From Escherichia coli 042 (GTDB taxonomy: Bacteria > Pseudomonadota > Gammaproteobacteria > Enterobacterales > Enterobacteriaceae), in assembly GCF_000027125.1 (NCBI RefSeq), contig NC_017626.1: a stretch of DNA of 64,000 nt; one strand, given 5' to 3'. The translations under genes and the position numbers were made by a program. The stretch's first letter is position 1; the number at the start of each line of letters is the position of its first letter. Below, piece by piece: positions 1 through 12,929 of the stretch. Under the pieces are notes generated by a model. That model did no database searches. It was not told where the DNA came from and worked only from the letters and a program-made list of their open reading frames with translations.

Positions 1-2
1 AT

Positions 3-617
3 GAACATGTTATAAAAGAAAATATCCACAACACGGTCCAGTCACCGACAGAAAAAGACATTTCAAAAATAAACAGCTCTGATAAACCTTATAAAACCAG
101 CAGTGAGGAAAGTATTAAAAGTCAACTTTACAGCGATCAAAAAAAATATACAGACCTGCTACTACATTCTGAGAAAAATACAGAATGGTACAAATACGCA
201 TCCTCCGTGGAACGCTATGATAAATTCAAGAATTCTTCTAAGGAAATTAAAAATACCTACAAGCAAATTGTACAAGCGCAGAAAAAATTGAACCAAATGA
301 AATACATAAATAAATTAAGTGGTGAGCTTATCGATATCGCCGACAAAAAGTTAGCACCATTAATAAATGATAGTTTCAGCTATACACGAGATTTCTTTGC
401 TTACTCAAAACAGGAAAATAACATCTTCACGTTTGATAATTCTAAGTTTGAAGATCCAAAGGAAAAAAAAGGTTTAATGGTACAACACAGCAATGGACAA
501 CTGGTTATTACTGGTGAATATTGTCCTGAAGGTGTGCAAACAGCATTCACTCAAGACCAATATGATAAATTAATAAGATACATTAATATTTTCTTTACTT
601 TTCCGAAATGCGAATAA
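3..617 (+). CDS. hypothetical protein, 5'-partial (frame open from the window start); strongly AT-rich
   Basis: Frame 3 has no stop from position 3 to the TAA at 615-617 in very AT-rich DNA, where chance stops are frequent. The listed ORF 207..617 begins at an internal GTG. No motif recognised. Confidence 0.45.
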   Translation, partial: EHVIKENIHNTVQSPTEKDISKINSSDKPYKTSSEESIKSQLYSDQKKYTDLLLHSEKNTEWYKYASSVERYDKFKNSSKEIKNTYKQIVQAQKKLNQMKYINKLSGELIDIADKKLAPLINDSFSYTRDFFAYSKQENNIFTFDNSKFEDPKEKKGLMVQHSNGQLVITGEYCPEGVQTAFTQDQYDKLIRYINIFFTFPKCE

Positions 618-799
618 TACTTTACAGTATAAACTGCAATACAATTTATTATTGAACCCAATTCATACTATTTAAGGAATAACAATGCCCAGTGTTAGCT
701 TTCTTAACGAATGAGTTTTACGCAAATATGTTGGCATCTTTTTTAACAGGATGCACCGGTTAATGAATAGAACAACCGGGAGTAACATTATTTCTCTTT

Positions 800-830
800 A
801 GCAGAGGATGGCGCATGAACGCCATCCTGC
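800..830 (-). terminator. putative hairpin terminator downstream of glpQ
   Basis: Inverted repeat AGGATGGCG / CGCCATCCT just 3' of the glpQ stop on the minus strand; the U-tract is weak. Confidence 0.35.
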
Positions 831-837
831 AATAGCA

Positions 838-1914
838 TTACTCTTTATTAAGGAATTTTACTGCCTTATCAGGGAAATCAGTAAACAGCCCATTTACACC
901 CGCTTTGTTATACAGAGCATCATATAACTGATTCACATCAGTAGTGTATTCAGGCAGTTTATCTGACCGCACGGTATAAGGATGCACTACCAGCTTGTTC
1001 TGCTGAGCATCTTGCACCATGCCAGTGAGTTTGATATTACCCGGCTGCGATGTCTCCTCAATCAACATATGGTAATCCGGACCAATACCATCTGCATATT
1101 CCGCCACCTGTTTCATGGCTCCCGGCTTAAACATCCAGTCGTAGTTGTAATTAACCCAGCTTCCGTCCGGCTGTTTCTGCTGAGTTTCGTTCCAGTCGGT
1201 ATAGGCAATCAGCTGTACCAGATTGAGGTCCATGCCCATTTTAGGTTCCAGCTCATTCTTAATACGCTTCAGTTCATCGGCATCAAAACATTGCAAATAA
1301 ACTTTGTCGTCCTTACCGGTGTAACCATATTTCTTCAGCACTTCCAGCGTTTTTGCCGCAATATCCTTCCCTTCCTGATGATGGAACCACGGCGCTTTAA
1401 TTTCTGGATAGATACCGATATTTTTCCCGGTAGAGTGATTTAACCCCTGAACAAATTCAATCTCTTCTTCGAAAGTGTGTACCCGGAAGTCAGATTTACC
1501 CATCGGGAAACGGCCCGGATAAGTCTGTACTTTCTTACCGTTTTCAATATCGAAACCTTCGGTAAATTTCAGTGACTTAATTTCATCGAGCGTGAAATCT
1601 ATCGCGTAGTAACGACCGTCTTTGCGCGCCCGATCCGGGAAACGATCGGCAACATCAGTAACACGATCGAGATAATGGTCATGCAGGACAACCAGATGGT
1701 CGTCTTTGGTCATCACCAAATCTTGTTCCAGATAATCCGCTCCCTGCGCATACGCCATCGCTTTTGCTGGCAGCGTATGCTCCGGCAAATATCCACTGGC
1801 ACCGCGATGGGCGATGACTATTTTTTCGTTGTTATCCGCCGCCATTGCACCGCTTCCCATGACCATAGTGCTCATCATGATCGCCATGCTAAGGTTTTTC
1901 AGCGTCAATTTCAT
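838..1914 (-). CDS. glpQ: periplasmic glycerophosphodiester phosphodiesterase
   Basis: ORF 838..1971 matches GlpQ; start taken at MKLTLKNLSMAIMM (signal peptide), giving 358 aa. Confidence 0.93.
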   Translation of the reverse strand: MKLTLKNLSMAIMMSTMVMGSGAMAADNNEKIVIAHRGASGYLPEHTLPAKAMAYAQGADYLEQDLVMTKDDHLVVLHDHYLDRVTDVADRFPDRARKDGRYYAIDFTLDEIKSLKFTEGFDIENGKKVQTYPGRFPMGKSDFRVHTFEEEIEFVQGLNHSTGKNIGIYPEIKAPWFHHQEGKDIAAKTLEVLKKYGYTGKDDKVYLQCFDADELKRIKNELEPKMGMDLNLVQLIAYTDWNETQQKQPDGSWVNYNYDWMFKPGAMKQVAEYADGIGPDYHMLIEETSQPGNIKLTGMVQDAQQNKLVVHPYTVRSDKLPEYTTDVNQLYDALYNKAGVNGLFTDFPDKAVKFLNKE

Positions 1915-1918
1915 GCCA

Positions 1919-3277
1919 TTAGCCTCCGTTGCGTTTTTGCAGTAATTCCTGATGGCGACGTTTTTCGCCAATCATCACAACAATCAACAAGATAACCGCC
2001 AGAATGCTGCCGCCAATCATTACCATAAAGCCGCCATCCCAGCCGAAGAAGTCCACGGTGTAGCCAACAATCGCGCTCGCCGCCACCGAACCGCCCAGGT
2101 AACCAAACAGCCCGGTAAAGCCCGCTGCCGTACCTGCCGCTTTTTTCGGTGCCAGTTCCAGCGCATGCAGACCGATCAACATCACAGGACCGTAAATCAG
2201 GAAGCCGATAACAATCATACAGATCATATCGACGTTCGGATTGCCCGCCGGGTTCATCCAGTAAACGATAGTCGCGATGGTCACCAGTGTCATAAAGAAG
2301 ACGCCGGTGGCCCCACGGTTACCGCGGAAGACTTTGTCCGACATCCAGCCGCACAGCAGGGTGCCCGGAATGCCCGCATACTCATAGAAGAAGTAGGCCC
2401 AGGAGGATTTATCCAGCGCGAAGTGTTTCACCTCTTTCAGATAAGTCGGTGACCAGTCGAGGATGCCGTAACGCAGCAGATAAACGAACACGTTGGCGAT
2501 AGCGATGTACCACAGCAGTTTGTTCGGCAGCACGTACTGCATGAAGATTTGCTTCGCAGTCAGCTCCTGTTCCGCTTTTTCGTTATAGTCGTCCGGATAA
2601 TCATTTTTGTACTCTTCGATCGGCGGCAGGCCACAGGATTGCGGGGTATCGCGCATCATCGCAAAGGCGAACAGTGCCACCAGAATGGCGCAGAATGCGG
2701 GCATATAGAGCGCGGCGTGCCAGTCATTGAACCAGGCCATCCCCAGCAGGAACAGCAGCGGCGGAATACCACCACCGACGTTGTGCGCACAGTTCCATAC
2801 TGACACAATGCCGCCACGTTCTTTCTGCGACCACCAGTGCACCATAGTACGACCGCACGGCGGCCATCCCATCCCCTGGAACCAACCGCAGAGGAACAGC
2901 AGCACAAACATCACCGCAATGCTCGACGTCGCCCAGGGCACAAAGCCCATAAAAAGCATCACCGCCGCCGCCAGAATCAAACCTGCGGGCAGGAAAACGC
3001 GCGGATTCGAGCGATCCGACACCGAGCCCATGATGAATTTCGAAAATCCATAAGCAATCGAGATCCCCGAAAGGGCAAAACCTAAATCACCGCGTGAGAA
3101 GCCCTGCTCGACCAGATAAGGCATAGCGAGCGCAAAGTTCTTACGAACCAAATAGTAAGCAGCATAGCCAAAGAATATCCCCAGGAAAATTTGCCAGCGC
3201 AATCGACGATAAGTCGGATCGATCTCCGCGGCAGGTAAGCGCGCTTTGTGTGGCGCTGGTTTAAAAATACTCAACAT
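1919..3277 (-). CDS. glpT: glycerol-3-phosphate transporter (MFS)
   Basis: 452-aa ORF recognised as GlpT, 4 bp upstream of glpQ (glpTQ operon). Confidence 0.95.
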   Translation of the reverse strand: MLSIFKPAPHKARLPAAEIDPTYRRLRWQIFLGIFFGYAAYYLVRKNFALAMPYLVEQGFSRGDLGFALSGISIAYGFSKFIMGSVSDRSNPRVFLPAGLILAAAVMLFMGFVPWATSSIAVMFVLLFLCGWFQGMGWPPCGRTMVHWWSQKERGGIVSVWNCAHNVGGGIPPLLFLLGMAWFNDWHAALYMPAFCAILVALFAFAMMRDTPQSCGLPPIEEYKNDYPDDYNEKAEQELTAKQIFMQYVLPNKLLWYIAIANVFVYLLRYGILDWSPTYLKEVKHFALDKSSWAYFFYEYAGIPGTLLCGWMSDKVFRGNRGATGVFFMTLVTIATIVYWMNPAGNPNVDMICMIVIGFLIYGPVMLIGLHALELAPKKAAGTAAGFTGLFGYLGGSVAASAIVGYTVDFFGWDGGFMVMIGGSILAVILLIVVMIGEKRRHQELLQKRNGG

Positions 3278-3384
3278 TGATAGCCTCCGTGGCCCGTGGT
3301 CTTATTTATGATTAACAGCCTGATTCAGTGGGAGAACCTGCCGTTTCTTGAGTTGCCGCGATGTTAAGAAAACATTCATAAATT

Positions 3385-3408
3385 AAATGTGAATTACCGC
3401 ACACATTA
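3385..3408. promoter_or_regulatory. CRP-like binding site (TGTGA-N6-GCACA)
   Basis: Sequence aaaTGTGAattaccGCACAcatta resembles the CRP consensus TGTGA-N6-TCACA. Confidence 0.4.
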
Positions 3409-3425
3409 TTAAATACGATGGGTTA

Positions 3426-3495
3426 AATGTTCAGAATGACGCATGAAATCACGTTTCACTTTCGAATTATGAGCGAATATGCGCGAAATCAAACA
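3426..3495. promoter_or_regulatory. GlpR operator-like tandem half-sites upstream of glpA
   Basis: Repeated TTCGAA / GCGAA / CGCGAAAT motifs resembling GlpR operator half-sites, just upstream of the glpA start. Confidence 0.35.
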
Positions 3496-3549
3496 ATTCA
3501 TGTTTTTACTATGGCTAAATGGTAAAAAACGAACTTCAGAGGGATAACA

Positions 3550-7614
<4,065 letters not shown>

Positions 7615-7626
7615 ACTCCTTTCTGA

Positions 7627-7659
7627 TGCCCGGTAAGCATGTTGTTACCGGGCATTTTT
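7627..7659 (+). terminator. rho-independent terminator of glpABC
   Basis: 10-bp perfect stem TGCCCGGTAA / TTACCGGGCA followed by TTTTT, immediately after the glpC stop. Confidence 0.8.
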
Positions 7660-7806
7660 GCGTACACGATTCCGTGCCCAATGTATGCGTTGCAACGCAG
7701 TGAAAATTCCTCTGAAAACGTCTCGCAAAGGCTGAAACTGGCAGATGTCAAAGGCCTGGGATAACCGTAATGTCGCGTCATCATAAATATCAGGTGACGG
7801 ACAACC

Positions 7807-8766
7807 ATGACCGAATCAACAACCTCCTCCCCGCATGATGCGGTGTTTAAAACCTTTATGTTCACACCCGAAACCGCTCGGGATTTTCTGGAAATACATC
7901 TACCAGAGCCGCTGCGCAAGCTTTGCAACCTGCAAACTTTACGCCTGGAACCCACCAGCTTTATTGAAAAAAGTTTACGCGCTTACTACTCGGATGTTTT
8001 GTGGTCTGTGGAAACCAGCGACGGTGAAGGCTATATCTACTGCGTGATTGAACATCAAAGCTCTGCAGAAAAGAATATGGCTTTTCGGCTAATGCGCTAT
8101 GCCACTGCCGCCATGCAGCGTCACCTGGATAAAGGCTATGACAGAGTTCCGCTGGTGGTGCCATTGCTGTTTTATCATGGCGAAACCTCGCCCTACCCGT
8201 ACTCACTCAACTGGCTGGATGAGTTTGACGATCCGCAACTTGCCCGGCAGTTGTACACCGAAGCTTTTCCGTTGGTGGATATCACCATCGTACCTGACGA
8301 TGAGATCATGCAACATCGGCGTATAGCTCTGCTGGAACTGATTCAAAAGCATATTCGCGACCGCGATTTAATCGGTATGGTCGACAGGATCACCACGCTT
8401 TTGGTTAGAGGCTTCACTAATGACAGCCAGCTACAAACGCTGTTTAATTATCTGCTGCAATGCGGCGATACCTCCCGTTTCACCCGCTTTATTCAGGAGA
8501 TTGCCGAACGTTCACCACTACAAAAGGAGAGATTAATGACTATTGCTGAACGGCTGCGGCAGGAAGGACATCAAATTGGCTGGCAGGAAGGTAAAATTGA
8601 AGGTTGGCAGGAGGGGAAATTGGAGGGGTTGCAGAAAGGCAAAGTAGAAGGTATGCATGAACAAGCCATTAAAATTGCCTTGCGCATGCTGGAACAGGGC
8701 TTTGAACGTGAGATTGTGCTGGCGACAACCCAACTCACTGATGCTGATATTCCGAACGGTCATTAA
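7807..8766 (+). CDS. yfaD: Rpn-family recombination-promoting nuclease (PD-(D/E)XK, transposase_31-like)
   Basis: 319-aa ORF with the conserved N-terminal HDAVFK motif and a repetitive EGK-rich C-terminal module. Confidence 0.85.
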   Translation: MTESTTSSPHDAVFKTFMFTPETARDFLEIHLPEPLRKLCNLQTLRLEPTSFIEKSLRAYYSDVLWSVETSDGEGYIYCVIEHQSSAEKNMAFRLMRYATAAMQRHLDKGYDRVPLVVPLLFYHGETSPYPYSLNWLDEFDDPQLARQLYTEAFPLVDITIVPDDEIMQHRRIALLELIQKHIRDRDLIGMVDRITTLLVRGFTNDSQLQTLFNYLLQCGDTSRFTRFIQEIAERSPLQKERLMTIAERLRQEGHQIGWQEGKIEGWQEGKLEGLQKGKVEGMHEQAIKIALRMLEQGFEREIVLATTQLTDADIPNGH

Positions 8767-8980
8767 AAGGAGAGATTAATGACTATTGCTGAACGGCTAC
8801 GGCAGGAAGGACATCAAATTGGCTGGCAGGAGGGTAAATTAGAAGGTTTGCAGGAAGGCATGCATGAACAAGCCATTAAAATTGCTTTGCGCATGCTGGA
8901 ACAGGGCATTGATCGTGACCTGGTGCTCGCGGCCACCCAGCTAAGCGAAGCCGATCTGGCAGCGAATAACCACTAATTAA
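8522..8980 (+). repeat. tandem direct duplication (about 215-245 bp units) spanning the yfaD 3' end and ypaA
   Basis: Copy 1 (about 8522-8764) and copy 2 (about 8765-8980) both begin AAAAGGAGAGATTAATGACTATTGCTGAACGGCT. Copy 1 carries an extra internal [16 protein letters not shown] sub-repeat. Confidence 0.85.
8779..8976 (+). CDS. ypaA: small protein duplicating the Rpn C-terminal domain
   Basis: 65-aa ORF preceded by AAGGAG 7 nt upstream of the ATG; near-identical to the last 76 codons of yfaD. Confidence 0.7.
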   Translation: MTIAERLRQEGHQIGWQEGKLEGLQEGMHEQAIKIALRMLEQGIDRDLVLAATQLSEADLAANNH

Positions 8981-9016
8981 CACAGGCCCACAGCCGATCC
9001 CCATGGGCCTTTGATA

Positions 9017-9820
9017 TCAATAACTACCTTTTATGCGTGGCCCATTTTTGCCTGATTTAAACATCGCCAGTCGTTGATCCAGGGCATCGCTGTAGAGCAT
9101 CGTGTCAACGCCAACAGCGACAAAGTTCGCTCCCCACGCCAGGCATTGCTGCGCCATATCAGGAGCCACAGCCAGAAAACCAGCCGCTTTACCCGCAGCA
9201 CGGATCCGCCGAATGCTGGTTTCAATAATTCGCTGCACTTCCGGGTGCCCGGCGTTATCCGGGTAGCCCAACGAGGCAGAAAGATCCGCAGGTCCAATAA
9301 ACACGCCGTCAATCCCTTCGACGTCGAGGATTTCGTCCAGGTTATCCAGTGCTGTTTTACTTTCCACCTGCACCAACAGACAAAGCGAATCGTTGACTTG
9401 CGCCATGTAATTCTCAATGCGTCCCCAGCGCGCAGCCCGTGCCACACTGGCCCCGACACCACGCTCACCGTAGGGAGGATAGCGCGTGGCAGACACCACC
9501 TGACGTGCCTGATCGGCAGTATCGACCATCGGGATCAGTAGAGTTTGCGCGCCAATATCCAGGACTTGTTTAATCAGCGACTTACTGCCTTCCACCGGAC
9601 GGATCACGGGTTGGCTGGCATAGGGCGCTACCGCCTGTAGCTGGTGATAAAGATCCTGAATGGTGTTTGGCGCGTGCTCCCCGTCAATCAGCAACCAGTC
9701 ATAACCGGAGGTGGCGGCAATTTCTGCCATATAAGAAGTAGTCGAGCTTAACCACAGACCAATTTGCACTTCGCCCTTGCGTAAACGTTCTTTAAAGGGA
9801 TTGGTTAATAATGCGTTCAT
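9017..9820 (-). CDS. rhmA: 2-keto-3-deoxy-L-rhamnonate aldolase
   Basis: Start taken at [13 protein letters not shown] (267 aa); HpcH/HpaI aldolase family, recognised as RhmA/YfaU. Confidence 0.9.
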   Translation of the reverse strand: MNALLTNPFKERLRKGEVQIGLWLSSTTSYMAEIAATSGYDWLLIDGEHAPNTIQDLYHQLQAVAPYASQPVIRPVEGSKSLIKQVLDIGAQTLLIPMVDTADQARQVVSATRYPPYGERGVGASVARAARWGRIENYMAQVNDSLCLLVQVESKTALDNLDEILDVEGIDGVFIGPADLSASLGYPDNAGHPEVQRIIETSIRRIRAAGKAAGFLAVAPDMAQQCLAWGANFVAVGVDTMLYSDALDQRLAMFKSGKNGPRIKGSY

Positions 9821-9836
9821 GGTGTTCCTTAACCTA

Positions 9837-11078
9837 TTAATGATGTGCCACGTCGGTCTGCGCAACAGTGCGATTTACACGCAGAGTGAAAATAATCAGC
9901 GAACCGATGACCGCCACCGCTGCCAGCGTCAGTAATCCCGCCGCATCGCTGGCAAACAACGTTTCTGCTTTCACGCGCAGGATCGGGGCAATAAACCCAC
10001 CCACTGCACCAAACAGGTTTACAAAACCAATCCCCGCCGCCAGCGCCGTACCGGAAAGCAGTTGTGTCGGCATCGTCCAGAACACCGGCTGCACGGCAAT
10101 AAACCCGATGGCTGCAACACACAGCGCTACGATCGCCAGTACTGGAGAAAGCAGCCCGGAGAGACCAATACCAATGCCTGCCGCCAGTAATGTCAGCGCC
10201 GCGACATTACGCCGTTCGCCGGTTTTATCGGAATAGCGCGGAATAAGCCAGGTCCCAAACAAGGCCGCGACCCACGGAATGGCGGTGACCACCGACGCCG
10301 TAAAGCCCACTTTTGTCCCCAACAATGCAGCAACCTGCGTCGGCAGGAAGAAAATTAATCCGTAAACCGCCACCTGAATGGTCAGGTAGATAATCGCCAG
10401 TTGCCAGACTCGCCCATTACGCAGCGCATCGCTCAGTCGAGAAGTCACTTTCTGTTGTTCTTCACTTGCCAGTTGGTTGATAAGCAACGTTTTTTCTTCT
10501 TTACTCAGAAAACGTGCCTGCTCCGGCGTGTCATCAAGCCAAAAGAATGTGAATACCCCAGCGCCGACTGCCAGCAATCCTTCAATCACAAACATCCAGA
10601 ACCAGCCGGGATGCCCCATAAATCCATGCATCTCCAGCAGCGCGCCGGAAAGCGGTGATCCCAGTGTTAACGCCAACGGTGCGCCCATATAGAACAGCCC
10701 CATAATGCTGGCGCGATTACGCTGCGGAAACCATTGCGAGGTGAGATAAATCATACCAGGGAAGAACCCGGCCTCCGCAGCACCAAGCAGAGTGCGAACG
10801 ATCAGAAATTTCGCTTCAGTATCGGCCCATGCCATGGCTGCCGAAAGAAATCCCCACAGCAGTGTTGTCGTACCAATCCAGGTTCTGGCCCCCAGTTTGC
10901 GCATCAAAAGATTCGCCGGAACACCCAGAAACGCATATACCACAAAGAAAATGCCTGCTCCCAGCGCATAAGCTTCATTACTCAGCCCGGTATCAATCTG
11001 GTAGGTTTGTTTGGCAAAACCGATATTCGAACGGTCGAGAAACGCCAGCACATACAGCGCCAACTTGACATCCTCCAC
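9837..11078 (-). CDS. rhmT: L-rhamnonate MFS transporter, N-terminally altered or truncated by the adjacent IS
   Basis: 413-aa ORF with an MFS fold recognised as RhmT/YfaV. Its only available start is a GTG at 11076-11078, inside the IS terminal hairpin; native RhmT is recalled as about 429 aa. Confidence 0.7.
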   Translation of the reverse strand: MEDVKLALYVLAFLDRSNIGFAKQTYQIDTGLSNEAYALGAGIFFVVYAFLGVPANLLMRKLGARTWIGTTTLLWGFLSAAMAWADTEAKFLIVRTLLGAAEAGFFPGMIYLTSQWFPQRNRASIMGLFYMGAPLALTLGSPLSGALLEMHGFMGHPGWFWMFVIEGLLAVGAGVFTFFWLDDTPEQARFLSKEEKTLLINQLASEEQQKVTSRLSDALRNGRVWQLAIIYLTIQVAVYGLIFFLPTQVAALLGTKVGFTASVVTAIPWVAALFGTWLIPRYSDKTGERRNVAALTLLAAGIGIGLSGLLSPVLAIVALCVAAIGFIAVQPVFWTMPTQLLSGTALAAGIGFVNLFGAVGGFIAPILRVKAETLFASDAAGLLTLAAVAVIGSLIIFTLRVNRTVAQTDVAHH

Positions 11079-11094
11079 GCCCTGAAGAACGTGG
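11073..11094 (+). repeat. IS terminal imperfect palindrome (tnpB-proximal end)
   Basis: TCCACG-CCCTGAAGAA-CGTGGA, 14 bp beyond the tnpB stop. Confidence 0.55.
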
Positions 11095-11107
11095 ATCCCT
11101 GCTACGT

Positions 11108-12316
11108 TCAGGCTGTCGCCTGAATCATTTCGGTGGGTTCCTGCTTCAACGAGCGGCCTGACTGCACCATCTCTCCACAGGCAAGAACGGCGTGCCCCGC
11201 CGCTAAAATGTTACGAGCGCCATTTACATCGGCGTTCGCTGTATATCCACATACCTGGCATCTGAATTGACTTTGTGACAGGCGATTTTCTTTCGCAGTA
11301 TGACCACAGCACGCGCAACGCTGGCTTGTGTACGCTGGCGGAACAGCAAGCAACTGACCGCCACTCCAGAGCTGCTTGTACTCAAGCTGGCGGCGCATTT
11401 CATACCAGCCCTGATCCAGTATCGAACGGTTTAAACCTGATTTTGCCCGGACATTGCGCCCCGGCTGGCTGAGCGTACCCGCTGCTGACTTTGACATGTT
11501 GCTGACCTTCAAATCCTCAATGACTATCATTGCGTGGTTTTTGCTGACGGTCGTTGTGACTTTGTGAAGGTAGTCCCTGCGGATATTTGCGATACGGGAA
11601 TGCAGTCGCTGTATTTTGCGTTTCTGCTTCTGCCAGTTGTTGCTGAATTTGACCCTGCGGCTTAACTGTCGCTGAAGTCTCGCCAGCTTCTTCTGGTTTT
11701 TCTGAAAACTGTTTACAGGCTCAAAGACTGTGCCATCTGACAGCGTGGCGAGTTTAGCCACGCCAGCATCCAGCCCGACCATTGATGCTGAAGGGTGAAC
11801 CGGAGTTGATACTTCACTTTCTGTCTGAATACTGATGTACCACTTACCGCAGGACTGGCTGACAGTGACATTTTTTACAACACCCGTGACCTGACGGCTG
11901 TTCCGGTAGCGCATCCAGCCCAGTTTCGGCAGAAAAATACGGCTGTTTTCCTGATCGAGCTTAACGCCCTGCGGATAGCGGAATGCATCATTCTGTCCCC
12001 GCTTTTTGAATCGGGGAAAAGCAGCCCGATTCTGGAAGAAGTTTTTGTAAGCCCGCTCAAGGTCTTTCAGTGACTGTTGCAATGGCTGTGAGGGCGAATC
12101 TTTAAGCCATTGCGTTTCAGTGGCGTTTTTCCACTCAACCAGCCAGGAAGCCATTTTCCCGTAAGGGATGTATTTATTACCGGCCTCATGATTCTCATTC
12201 TGAAGCGCCAGAGCGCGATTGAAAACGAAACGACATGCGCCTGCGAAGCGCCTCATTTCACACTCCTGTTGACCACCTGGTCTTAACTGGAATTTAAATG
12301 CCTGTAATCGTTTCAC
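11108..12316 (-). CDS. tnpB: TnpB (OrfB) RuvC-like RNA-guided nuclease of the IS200/IS605 family
   Basis: 402 aa with RuvC-I GLDAGV, RuvC-II IVIEDL, Ruv[12 protein letters not shown] and a zinc finger CACCGH...CQVCG. Confidence 0.9.
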   Translation of the reverse strand: MKRLQAFKFQLRPGGQQECEMRRFAGACRFVFNRALALQNENHEAGNKYIPYGKMASWLVEWKNATETQWLKDSPSQPLQQSLKDLERAYKNFFQNRAAFPRFKKRGQNDAFRYPQGVKLDQENSRIFLPKLGWMRYRNSRQVTGVVKNVTVSQSCGKWYISIQTESEVSTPVHPSASMVGLDAGVAKLATLSDGTVFEPVNSFQKNQKKLARLQRQLSRRVKFSNNWQKQKRKIQRLHSRIANIRRDYLHKVTTTVSKNHAMIVIEDLKVSNMSKSAAGTLSQPGRNVRAKSGLNRSILDQGWYEMRRQLEYKQLWSGGQLLAVPPAYTSQRCACCGHTAKENRLSQSQFRCQVCGYTANADVNGARNILAAGHAVLACGEMVQSGRSLKQEPTEMIQATA

Positions 12317-12323
12317 AGGTCAA

Positions 12324-12929
12324 ATGATACTTTGGTCTATGAAAAAAGAAACCGATATCCGGCGTGGAAGGCATTGTGTTTTCCTGATGCATGTTCACCT
12401 GGTCTTTGTCACCAAATACCGACGCCAGATTTTTGACCATGACGCGACAGAAAAACTACGCACTTACTTTTCAAATGTATGTGCTGATTTTGAAGCTGAA
12501 CTGGTTGAAATGGATGGCGAACCAGATCACGTCCATTTGTTAATTAACTATCCTCCCAAACTGGCGATATCCAGTCTGGTAAACAGCCTCAAAGGCGTAT
12601 CGGGTAGGTTACTGCGACGAGATCGACCAGATATTGCAGTCAGGTATTACTACAAAGGCGTTTTGTGGAGTCCTGGCTATTTTGCCAGTAGCTGCGGAGG
12701 TGCGCCAATATCCGTCATCCGCCAATACATTGAACAACAGCAAACACCTGGTCAGGTGGAAAACCGCGCCTTATATCCCCGCCCTGAAGGACGGGGTTTT
12801 ACAGCGCACTGGATAAAGTCATGGACTCAACAACCTCAATCCAGCCATGCTCACTGGCGATGTCCTGGCCGTTTAACCAACGGCGCAGCATATTCAGTGC
12901 CATCATTGCGCACACTTCCTGACGGATAG
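12324..12929 (+). CDS. tnpA: IS200-type Y1 (HUH) transposase TnpA; annotated ORF is abnormally long at the 3' end
   Basis: HUH motif HVHLL and the C-terminal WSPGYFASSCGGAPISVIRQYIEQ motif. The ORF reads past the terminal hairpin into the yfaY-antisense flank (201 aa against a typical 140-155 aa). Confidence 0.75.
   Translation: MILWSMKKETDIRRGRHCVFLMHVHLVFVTKYRRQIFDHDATEKLRTYFSNVCADFEAELVEMDGEPDHVHLLINYPPKLAISSLVNSLKGVSGRLLRRDRPDIAVRYYYKGVLWSPGYFASSCGGAPISVIRQYIEQQQTPGQVENRALYPRPEGRGFTAHWIKSWTQQPQSSHAHWRCPGRLTNGAAYSVPSLRTLPDG
12777..12796 (+). repeat. IS terminal imperfect palindrome (tnpA-proximal end)
   Basis: CCCCG-CCCTGAAGGA-CGGGG, sharing the GCCCTGAAG loop with the hairpin at 11073-11094. 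Confidence 0.55.

Larger units (their letters stand above)
3278..3549. promoter_or_regulatory. divergent glpTQ / glpABC control region
   Basis: 272-bp AT-rich intergenic region between divergent glpT and glpA starts. Confidence 0.7.
11065..12800. mobile_element. IS200/IS605-family insertion sequence (IS609-like) with divergent tnpA and tnpB
   Basis: Y1 HUH transposase gene plus tnpB, flanked by two similar imperfect palindromes in the same orientation (11073-11094 and 12777-12796). Boundaries are approximate. Confidence 0.8.

Noticed and set aside
103-291. 62-aa ORF overlapping the AT-rich 5' ORF in another frame
   Set aside because: It overlaps the longer stop-free frame (3-617), which is the more plausible coding frame; there is no independent support.
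8560-8660. Short periodic repeats (GGCAGGAAGG / GAAGGT units) that could be mistaken for a CRISPR-like or VNTR array
   Set aside because: They are in-frame coding repeats (WQEGK / LEGLQ) within yfaD and ypaA, with no spacer-repeat architecture and no cas genes nearby.
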